Notes under the pieces: model-generated
What the model was told of the DNA's origin: nothing
Database searches by the model: none
Seen by the model: the letters and a program-made list of their open reading frames with translations, nothing else
Shown here: in pieces, positions 57,163 to 64,000 of the stretch
How the letters are laid out: each line of letters starts with the position of its first letter
How positions within the stretch are numbered: the stretch's first letter is position 1
Position numbers and translations under genes: made by a program
Origin: Gammaproteobacteria bacterium
GTDB lineage: Bacteria; Pseudomonadota; Gammaproteobacteria; Eutrophobiales; Eutrophobiaceae
Length of the DNA stretch: 64,000 bases
Assembly (NCBI GenBank): GCA_040905045.1
Contig: JBBDSH010000091.1
Location: forward strand, 1,995 to 65,994
Direction of reading: 5' to 3'

Positions 57163-58146
57163 TCAGGGAACAAAAAAGGTGGCCGGCCCTGCGGATGAAA
57201 TTCTCAAAGGCCCTTCGGCGCTCTCCGCTGCGTGCAGTTCACCGTCAATAATAAACTCATCATCCATAAACAGTTCCAGGGCAGTCGTATTGAAACTTTC
57301 ATAACCGTCGATCGCGGCCAGATGCTCGCCCCGCCCGCGCAGTAGAGACGGCAGGGAACGCCAGAAACGCTGCGGTGATTCCCGCACCAGGGTTGCGTGG
57401 ATCGGCGCCCGCTCCCTGCCCCAATACGGCCGCGTACCCAGCAACAGGCGATCCAGAGCGCTGGCCAGAAGGATTATATAGGCCCCCTCCCGTTCGTCCC
57501 CGTCTCCCCCGGTTACTGAAAGGCGCGCGGGTAATAATGCATCCCCGGACCGGCCGACCAGTAAACCACCGAGCAGCCAGAGCAGCACAAGTCCGCCGGC
57601 AATCTCGCTGGTCATGCCGAGACGGCTGATCTTTTCATGGAAATAACGCACGCCGCTTGCTATGGCGCCGGCACCGAAAAACATGCCGTAAAGGTCCGCA
57701 CGACCCGGCCGTTCTATACGCAGCACCGGGCGCTGCACGAGACAGGATGATAGCGGCCTGTCTAACCTACCCTGCAGACGTTTCAGAACCCGTGTCAGCC
57801 CGCCGCGCACGCCCAAATCCAGGGCCGTCATATTGGTGGTGCCGGCGGGAATAATACACAACGGCGGCCAGCCGGTTGATCCATGCGACTCGAACAGGCA
57901 GGTTAATACCGCCTGGACCGTGCCGTCGCCACCGGCAACGGCCAGGACTTCCGGTTGTTCCGCAAGCAGAATATCAAGGGCCGCACCGATTTCCACGGGA
58001 GTGGAAGCCTCCTGATACAGCGCATCAACACTCCCGGAAAAAATGCCTGCCGCAGGTCTTTTCATTTTACGGACACGGCCGCTTAGAGGGTTGCAAAGCA
58101 GGCCAACCTTCATCCGCTCACCGGTCGCAGGGAGATCATTACTCAT
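57163..58146 (-). CDS. lipid kinase of the diacylglycerol kinase catalytic (LCB5/YegS/DgkB) family
   Basis: From ATG 58146 (MSNDLPATGERMKVGLLCNPLSG...). AVAGGDGTV and IIPAGTTN are present. The longer track ORF (to 58551) overlaps lptG and is rejected. Confidence 0.75.
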   Translation of the reverse strand: MSNDLPATGERMKVGLLCNPLSGRVRKMKRPAAGIFSGSVDALYQEASTPVEIGAALDILLAEQPEVLAVAGGDGTVQAVLTCLFESHGSTGWPPLCIIPAGTTNMTALDLGVRGGLTRVLKRLQGRLDRPLSSCLVQRPVLRIERPGRADLYGMFFGAGAIASGVRYFHEKISRLGMTSEIAGGLVLLWLLGGLLVGRSGDALLPARLSVTGGDGDEREGAYIILLASALDRLLLGTRPYWGRERAPIHATLVRESPQRFWRSLPSLLRGRGEHLAAIDGYESFNTTALELFMDDEFIIDGELHAAESAEGPLRISSAGPATFFVP

Positions 58147-58157
58147 TCTATGATGAA

Positions 58158-59222
58158 TCAGGCGACCCGGCGCAGAAGGATTACGGCCAGTAAAATCAGG
58201 AGAGCGCCGGGCATAAGAGCGATCACCGCCGTATTCATATTCAGCAGCAAACCGGTGTTGGCTATGATTTGATCGAGGAGGTAGACGGCGATACCGCTCA
58301 ATCCCGCGAGCACCACGCGGGCACCCAGTCCCGTACGCACCGAGCCGAAAACGAAAGGCACCGACAACAGCATCATGGCGATAGTGGTCAGCGCGGCCCC
58401 CAGCTTGCGCCACATTGCCAGGGAGTAGGCTTCCGCCTCCTGCCCGGTATTGCGCAGAAAACGGACATGCCGGAACAGTTCCGTCGGCGACAGGCTCTCG
58501 GGCGGCTTGGTCAATGTCTCGATCTGTCCCGCATCCAGAAACGGTTCCCATGACATCGACACCCTTTGCTCTGATTCAACCGATTGCCCGTCGATCTGCT
58601 TGATGGTCACTCCGCGCAGCATCCATCGATCGCGGTTGACAATATCGGCCCGTTCCGCGTGGATATAATTTTCCATCAGTCCGAAACTGTCGAAACGAAG
58701 GATCTCGATGTCCAGCGCACGGTTTGTATGCGGCATTCTGCCCACGCGCAGAATGTTCGACTCATCACGGCTCCATATGCCCAGATCGCGGCCCAGTTCG
58801 GTACTCTGTTCCAGGGCTGCGGATCGTTTCAAAATGGCCTGTTGCTGCAAGGGAGGTGCAACAAACTGTTCAAGCAGGACCATAATCACCACAAGTATCA
58901 GACCGACTCTGAGCGATTCCAGACCGACCCGTGCCGGCGAGAGACCGGCGGCCCGCAGGGAAATAAGTTCATGATGCATGGCCAGCCTGCCCAACGCTAT
59001 GACGTTACCCAACAATGCAATGAAGGGAGCAAGCTGGATCAACCGGCGCGGCAGAAGAAGCGCGACGTAGGCAAAAGCATCTCCGATCTCGTAGGTGCCT
59101 TCCCCGACATTTTCAAGCTGTTCCAGCAAATCCATAAATGCGAACAGCGGCAAGAGTGCAATGGCGGCAAGCACCAGGCCACCGAGAATCTGCCGGGTCA
59201 GATATCGGCTGATGGTTTTCAT
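58158..59222 (-). CDS. lptG: LPS export ABC transporter permease LptG
   Basis: From ATG 59222 (MKTISRYLTRQILGG...), which forms an ATGA overlap with the lptF stop. It has the YjgP/YjgQ permease layout. Confidence 0.85.
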   Translation of the reverse strand: MKTISRYLTRQILGGLVLAAIALLPLFAFMDLLEQLENVGEGTYEIGDAFAYVALLLPRRLIQLAPFIALLGNVIALGRLAMHHELISLRAAGLSPARVGLESLRVGLILVVIMVLLEQFVAPPLQQQAILKRSAALEQSTELGRDLGIWSRDESNILRVGRMPHTNRALDIEILRFDSFGLMENYIHAERADIVNRDRWMLRGVTIKQIDGQSVESEQRVSMSWEPFLDAGQIETLTKPPESLSPTELFRHVRFLRNTGQEAEAYSLAMWRKLGAALTTIAMMLLSVPFVFGSVRTGLGARVVLAGLSGIAVYLLDQIIANTGLLLNMNTAVIALMPGALLILLAVILLRRVA

Positions 59223-60289
59223 GAGCGGCGCCGGCGGGTTCCCCGGAATCCGGACAACACGACAATGACAATCACCAGCATTAATCCATGCAGCCACCAT
59301 ATTCCCGGTATGGCGGGCACCGTACCCTGTTCCACCCAGGTTCGTGCCAGGCCGCTGAGATTGTAATAAATCGCGAATACCAGAGCCGCGGTAAACGACT
59401 TTTCACCGCGCCCCTGCCGCGGCGACGCCCGGCTCAACGGAATCGCAATCAGAGCGAGTAGCACAGCCGCCACGGGCCTGGACAGGCGCCATTGCAGTTC
59501 CGCTATGTCGTAAGGCTGATTCGAAGCCAGTAATGTCAGCGTTGACGCGGCCTTTCGCCTGTAACCCAGCTCCTTGGTGGTATCCGTCTGATAAACCAGT
59601 TTGCTGAACCGGATCGTGGAATCCTCCGCCCCACCACGATCAAACTTGTAAATAACGCCGTCAAACAAATGCAGCTGCGGGACGCGATTGGGATCGATAT
59701 CCCTTCGATAGGCCTCTCTTGCCGTTACAATCTCGCTGTGACGTTCATCCCGCGTGTAATGAAAAACGTTTTGCATAAGGCCGCTCTGACTGTCCTTGCG
59801 TTGCAGATAGACAATCCTGCCGCTGTCTTCGTTGCCGTAAAAACGTCCCGCCTGGAATCGATCCGTATTCAGTTCCGCTTCAGCGCGTGCATCCATAATA
59901 TAGCTGCGCTCGTAAGCCCACGGTCTGCCGAACATGGATATGGTCCCGCTGAGTAATGCAACAGGGATGGACAGTACGAGCACGGCCTTGATGATATGCG
60001 ACGTGCTCATGCCGACCGAACGAATAGCGATGATCTCCTGGTCGCGATGCAGTCGACCCAGGCCGACAATGACGCCCACATAGAGCGAAATGGGAATCAA
60101 AACTTCAAGGGCGATCAGGGTTTTCAGAAAAATCAGTTCGATCATGGCGGCCACGCCCAGGGTTTCCGTTACCGCCTCGGCGAGAAAACGGGCGCTGCTG
60201 AAGCTGGCGAAGAGCCCCGTCAGGATCAGACTTACGACAAGGAACGGCCTGAGTATTTCACTGATGATGTATAACTCGATTCTCTTCAA
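59219..60289 (-). CDS. lptF: LPS export ABC transporter permease LptF
   Basis: 356 aa (MKRIELYIISEILRPFLVV...). It has a TTG start overlapping the upstream stop (TTGA) and the YjgP/YjgQ family layout. Confidence 0.85.
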   Translation of the reverse strand: MKRIELYIISEILRPFLVVSLILTGLFASFSSARFLAEAVTETLGVAAMIELIFLKTLIALEVLIPISLYVGVIVGLGRLHRDQEIIAIRSVGMSTSHIIKAVLVLSIPVALLSGTISMFGRPWAYERSYIMDARAEAELNTDRFQAGRFYGNEDSGRIVYLQRKDSQSGLMQNVFHYTRDERHSEIVTAREAYRRDIDPNRVPQLHLFDGVIYKFDRGGAEDSTIRFSKLVYQTDTTKELGYRRKAASTLTLLASNQPYDIAELQWRLSRPVAAVLLALIAIPLSRASPRQGRGEKSFTAALVFAIYYNLSGLARTWVEQGTVPAIPGIWWLHGLMLVIVIVVLSGFRGTRRRRS

Positions 60290-61416
60290 AGATGCTTCTC
60301 GTAGATTCGATAGCGCTTATAGACTGTACTTCCGACAGTATCCAGAATACCGCGCATGGGTTTGTTGTCCTCCAGAATCCAGGACATCTCCACTTCCCTG
60401 ATACCATGATTGATCACCGGCAGTAGCGTCTGGTCGATCACCATGAAGGCCAGCGCGATGCCCATAGGCGTATTCTGGTAGCGTTTGCGTACTCCCATCA
60501 ACGGTACTCTCCCCGTCCGTATCCGGCGATTCCGCAGTTGCCTGATCAGATGCAACCAGCCTTTCGGCAGCAACTTTCCGTCAATTTCACCGACCACTTC
60601 ATTGAGATTGGGCAGGACGACCGTGAAGGCTGCCGGCTCGCCGTCAACCTCCGCCACCTGGATAAAATCACGGGGAACAAACAACCTCAGGCCGGTACCG
60701 ATATCGGCAAACTCCTCCCGCGTAAAAGGCACAAAACCCCAGTTTTCCGACCAGGCATCATTGAATATATCCCGCAATGTTTCCATTTCTTCAGCAAACC
60801 TTTTACGGTCCAGAGGCCGCAGACGGACACGCGTGGAGTAACGTTCAACCAGTCTTTTCATTACTGCAGGTGTCTCGAAATCCGTGTGTATCCAGTAGGC
60901 AAGCAGGTCCCGCGCAGGCGCATATCCCTGCCTTTCAATCAGCCGGCCGTAACATTCCCTTGAATGCGGCATCATAATCACCGGCGGTGTATCGAATCCA
61001 TCAACGAGTATGCCGCAGTCATGGTTAATGGAAAAATTGAACGGCCCGGTTATCAGTTTTGTACCGTGATCACGCAGCCAGTCTTCCGCAGTCTGAAATA
61101 ATAGTTCGGCTACGGCGGGATCGTCTTCACATTCAAAAAAACCGAAATGACCGGTTGCCGCATGATATTGCCGGCGATGCAGGTGATCGATCTGGGCGCT
61201 GATCCTGCCGGCCGGTTTTCCATTCCGGAATACCAGCCAGGCCTGCCATTCCGCATGCCTGAAATAGGGATTGAAACGGGAAAGATGAATGCGCCGTTCA
61301 AGATACAGGGGCGGGACCCATGCGGGATCATCCCGATAAAGATACCCGGGGAGTTCGATGAAGGACGCAATGTCACTCCGGCTTTCGACCGGCTGCACAG
61401 TGATCGTATCTGACAT
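60286..61416 (-). CDS. large (about 376 aa) GNAT-like N-acyltransferase family protein
   Basis: From ATG 61416 (MSDTITVQPVESRSDIASFIELP...). It has a two-lobed acyl-CoA N-acyltransferase-like layout and is translationally coupled to lptF. Confidence 0.5.
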   Translation of the reverse strand: MSDTITVQPVESRSDIASFIELPGYLYRDDPAWVPPLYLERRIHLSRFNPYFRHAEWQAWLVFRNGKPAGRISAQIDHLHRRQYHAATGHFGFFECEDDPAVAELLFQTAEDWLRDHGTKLITGPFNFSINHDCGILVDGFDTPPVIMMPHSRECYGRLIERQGYAPARDLLAYWIHTDFETPAVMKRLVERYSTRVRLRPLDRKRFAEEMETLRDIFNDAWSENWGFVPFTREEFADIGTGLRLFVPRDFIQVAEVDGEPAAFTVVLPNLNEVVGEIDGKLLPKGWLHLIRQLRNRRIRTGRVPLMGVRKRYQNTPMGIALAFMVIDQTLLPVINHGIREVEMSWILEDNKPMRGILDTVGSTVYKRYRIYEKHL

Positions 61417-61743
61417 TAGTAAACCATATGAATCGGCACGCCGGCATCCGGAACCCGACTGTGGGAGAAAGCGGGTACGGCATGACCATGATAGCACAGG
61501 GCTGCCGGACTCCGGCTATGCTGCCTGTTCCCTGAACGGGGCGGCACAGAGACCCAGGCCGGATTCCGGGCCTGAAAGCAGAACCCGGGCCGGCAAGCAT
61601 GCATTACCTCACAAATCGGCTCCCCGGGGCTTGCATCGGAGCCAGAGAACTGACTTGATGGAAAATATATACCGATTATGAAAGGAAACTGGCGATGAAG
61701 GTCATAAATGCGATAAACTGCGCCAACTTCCAAGATGGTCCCC

Positions 61744-61782
61744 ATGATGAATTTTTGCTGGCAACAGCGGGAAATTCATCAT
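61744..61782. promoter_or_regulatory. 11-bp perfect inverted repeat upstream of (or in the 5' end of) the FAAL gene
   Basis: ATGATGAATTT (61744-61754), a 17-nt spacer, then AAATTCATCAT (61772-61782). It ends 43 nt before ATG 61825. Confidence 0.4.
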
Positions 61783-61824
61783 AAACTAGCACATTGCTCA
61801 AGAATCCTTTATATTATCAACAAG

Positions 61825-63690
61825 ATGACAGATTCTCTTAACCAGGGGGGCGAAGCTCTGAGTTCAGCGATCAAGATGCCCGGAACCACGGGCCATCCGG
61901 TACGGAAACATGTACCTTCCGCAGACTCACCGGCTCCGGCCCCGGTGAAACCGACGCCGACCCGTAGCGGTCAGGTACAGCGTCTCGCTGATTTTGCCAC
62001 GCTTACCGATGCCCTCGATTACGCAGCCACGGGCGATACCGGCTACAATTTTTATGACGGCAGGGGCAATCTGCGCTCGGTATTACCCTACCGGGAACTC
62101 AGAGAACGCGCCCGTGACGCCGCGCGTCGGATGATTTCCGCGGATATAGAACGCGGCGAACACGTTGCCATCATCGCCGATACCACACCGGAATTCGTTA
62201 TTCTGTTCTTCGCCTGCCGTTACGCCGGGCTGGTGCCGTTTGCCATGCCGGTGCCCATCAATCTCGGCAGTCACGATATCTACGTACAGCAATTGCGCGG
62301 CATGCTGGAAAGCAGCGAGGCCGCCGCTGCCTTTGCCAATGTGGAATACATCAGCTTTCTGCAAGAGGCCGCCGGCGATAATAATGAATTAAAATGGCTC
62401 GGAACTCCCGAGCAACTGGACAGGCTGCCCCTTTCCGATATTGAATTCCGGGACAATCACCCCTCGGAAACCGCCTACCTGCAGTTCACATCCGGCAGTA
62501 CCCGCAATCCCCAGGCGGTTGTTATCACGGAACAATCCGTCATGAGCAATCTCCAGGGCATAACCCGTTACGGCCTTGAGATGCATCCTGAAGATCGTTG
62601 CGCATCCTGGTTGCCGTTTTACCACGACATGGGACTGGTCGGCCTGATCATGTCGCCCATGGTCGCCCAGCTTTCCGTGGACTTCCTGTCCACCCGTGAC
62701 TTCGCCATGCGGCCTTTACAATGGCTGCGGTTGATCAGCCGCAATCGCTGTACCATCGCATTCAGCCAGCCGTTCGGGCTTAAGCTCTGCACCCTCAGGG
62801 CCCGCAGTGCGGACCTGGAAGATCTGGATCTGAGTTGCTGGCGTGCCGCCGGTATCGGTGCCGAGATGATCCGCCCGGATATTCTCCGGAATTTCGCTGA
62901 TAAATTCGCCCCCACCGGTTTCCGCCTGGAAGCGTTTCTGCCCTGTTACGGGCTGGCCGAAGCGACACTTGCGGTCACCTTTGCCGACATCAGCAAGGGT
63001 TTTGAAAGCCTTTGCGTGGATTCGGGAGCGCTGGTGGAGCGGAATATTGCCGTTCGGGTACAGGCGGACGGACGCGCGCACAATGAATTCGTCAATTGCG
63101 GTCACCCGCTTCCCGGGCTGGAAATCCGTATTGTCGATGAGGATAACGGACCCCTGCCGGATCTTCGCATCGGACGAGTATTGATGCGCGGTCCCAGTGT
63201 CATGAGCGGTTATCACAACAGCCCCGGGGAAACCGCCAGGGCCTTAAAAGACGGCAACTGGCTGGATACCGGAGACCTGGGTTTTCTGTTTGAGGGCAGC
63301 CTTTATATCACCGGCCGGCGAACGGACGTGATCATCGTGAACGGACGGAATATCCGTGCCCAGGATATCGAAACCCTCGCCGAGCAACAGGAAGAGATCA
63401 GGACCAGAGAGGTATCCGCGTTCGGTATCGTAGATGAAAATGACGATACGATTGTGGTTCTGGTCATCGAACACCGTTCATCCTCCCCTGAACAACGTCA
63501 AAACCTGACGACACGCCTGCAACGACTGGTGTATGCCTCTTTCGGCGTCCGCTGTCAGGTGGAACTGGTACCTCCCCATACCCTGCCCCGGACCTCGTCC
63601 GGAAAACTGTCACGCACCGCCGCCCGCAAGGGCTTTCTGGAACGCAACTGCCTGACAGAGACACAAGCGGCCCAATCCGACAGCGGGTAG
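61825..63690 (+). CDS. fatty acyl-AMP ligase / acyl-ACP synthetase-type adenylating enzyme
   Basis: It has a FAAL-like N-terminal block (LADFATLTDALDYAA...YNFYD), the AMP-binding motif QFTSGSTRNPQAVV, TGDLGF and the C-terminal SSGKLSR. The start is uncertain: 61735, 61825 or 61876. Confidence 0.8.
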   Translation: MTDSLNQGGEALSSAIKMPGTTGHPVRKHVPSADSPAPAPVKPTPTRSGQVQRLADFATLTDALDYAATGDTGYNFYDGRGNLRSVLPYRELRERARDAARRMISADIERGEHVAIIADTTPEFVILFFACRYAGLVPFAMPVPINLGSHDIYVQQLRGMLESSEAAAAFANVEYISFLQEAAGDNNELKWLGTPEQLDRLPLSDIEFRDNHPSETAYLQFTSGSTRNPQAVVITEQSVMSNLQGITRYGLEMHPEDRCASWLPFYHDMGLVGLIMSPMVAQLSVDFLSTRDFAMRPLQWLRLISRNRCTIAFSQPFGLKLCTLRARSADLEDLDLSCWRAAGIGAEMIRPDILRNFADKFAPTGFRLEAFLPCYGLAEATLAVTFADISKGFESLCVDSGALVERNIAVRVQADGRAHNEFVNCGHPLPGLEIRIVDEDNGPLPDLRIGRVLMRGPSVMSGYHNSPGETARALKDGNWLDTGDLGFLFEGSLYITGRRTDVIIVNGRNIRAQDIETLAEQQEEIRTREVSAFGIVDENDDTIVVLVIEHRSSSPEQRQNLTTRLQRLVYASFGVRCQVELVPPHTLPRTSSGKLSRTAARKGFLERNCLTETQAAQSDSG

Positions 63691-63700
63691 CCGGGCCATT

Positions 63701-64000
63701 ATGGCCGGACCGGTGGTACTGACGGGGGCGACGGGCTTCATCGGCACCGCCATTCTGGAAAGCCTCATTACAAGCGGACGGCCTGTCCGCGCCCTGACCC
63801 GGCGGCAGCGGCCCGATACCGATACCGTTCAATGGATCCACGGCGATCTGCATGACCGGGAAGCCCTGCAAGAGCTGGTCGCCGGCGCCGACGCCATAAT
63901 CCATTGTGCCGGAGCCGTCCGCGGCGCATCACTGAACGATTTTTCCCGGGTCAATACCGAGGGGACACTCAATCTGGTGGAGACAGCGGTGCGAAACGCC
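63701..64000 (+). CDS. NAD(P)-binding extended-SDR (epimerase/dehydratase/NDUFA9-like reductase); its 3' end runs off the window and it is not in the supplied ORF track
   Basis: Own translation from ATG 63701 gives MAGPVVLTGATGFIGTAILESLITSGRPVRALTRR...GDLHDREALQELVAGADAIIHCAGAV... It has the TGxxGxxG Rossmann motif and is open to the window end. It lies 10 nt after the FAAL stop. Confidence 0.65.
   Translation, partial: MAGPVVLTGATGFIGTAILESLITSGRPVRALTRRQRPDTDTVQWIHGDLHDREALQELVAGADAIIHCAGAVRGASLNDFSRVNTEGTLNLVETAVRNA

Noticed and set aside
58147-58551. A 135-codon N-terminal extension of the lipid-kinase ORF. Similar long starts occur for addA (51342..51527), phaC (23992..24087), the phasin (25879..25986) and hpnG (17946..18047).
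   Set aside because: The extensions overlap the upstream genes extensively and lack family similarity. Internal starts restore normal protein lengths and give typical ATGA or short-gap junctions.

Overview
Chromosomal segment of a moderately GC-rich, gammaproteobacterium-like genome. This guess rests on gene content (class III PHA synthase phaEC, fabAB, lptFG, AddAB-type repair) and is not a database result. I found no rRNA, tRNA, CRISPR array, transposase, integrase or phage gene.

Gene content, left to right:
- 1-9809 (-): a tightly coupled pseudaminic-acid-type nonulosonic acid cluster (pseB, pseC, pseF, pseG, pseI) with extra tailoring enzymes. No pseH is visible.
- 9887-14367 (-): a TonB-dependent receptor, a YfiR-like protein and a CHASE8-HAMP-GAF-GGDEF cyclase.
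- 15196-22393 (+): a hopanoid-associated cluster (hpnL-like, squalene synthase, hpnG-like, PhyH dioxygenase, hpnN-like RND). It is interrupted by a 750-bp repeat-filled spacer.
- 22927-25878 (-): phaC, phaE and a phasin.
- Housekeeping genes: ppa, acs, lon, ispG, fabA, fabB, a CPA1 antiporter and djlA.
- A mixed block: MBL hydrolase, DASS transporter, DUF938, arfB, two GSTs, lipoprotein and methyltransferases.
- addB/addA-like repair genes, an egtD-like methyltransferase and a secreted endonuclease I.
- 56171-64000: a lipid locus. GNAT, lptF, lptG, an LCB5/DAGK-type kinase and a Tam41-like protein are translationally coupled. They face a fatty-acyl-AMP ligase and an SDR that runs off the window.

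Most interesting observations:
1. The family content of the right-hand lipid locus parallels bacterial ceramide and ceramide-phosphate synthesis genes, and these are fused to the LPS extractor genes.
2. Two intergenic element families have terminal inverted arms built from tandem oligomers. One uses 7-mers (GAGTGAG) that carry a stop codon in every frame and supply the stop codons of lon, ispG and fabB. The other uses 9-mers (CTTGGCGNN) that fuse in frame to ORF ends.
3. A shared 25-nt hairpin module sits nested in otherwise different elements.

All functional calls come from motif and family recognition by eye. No searches were run.
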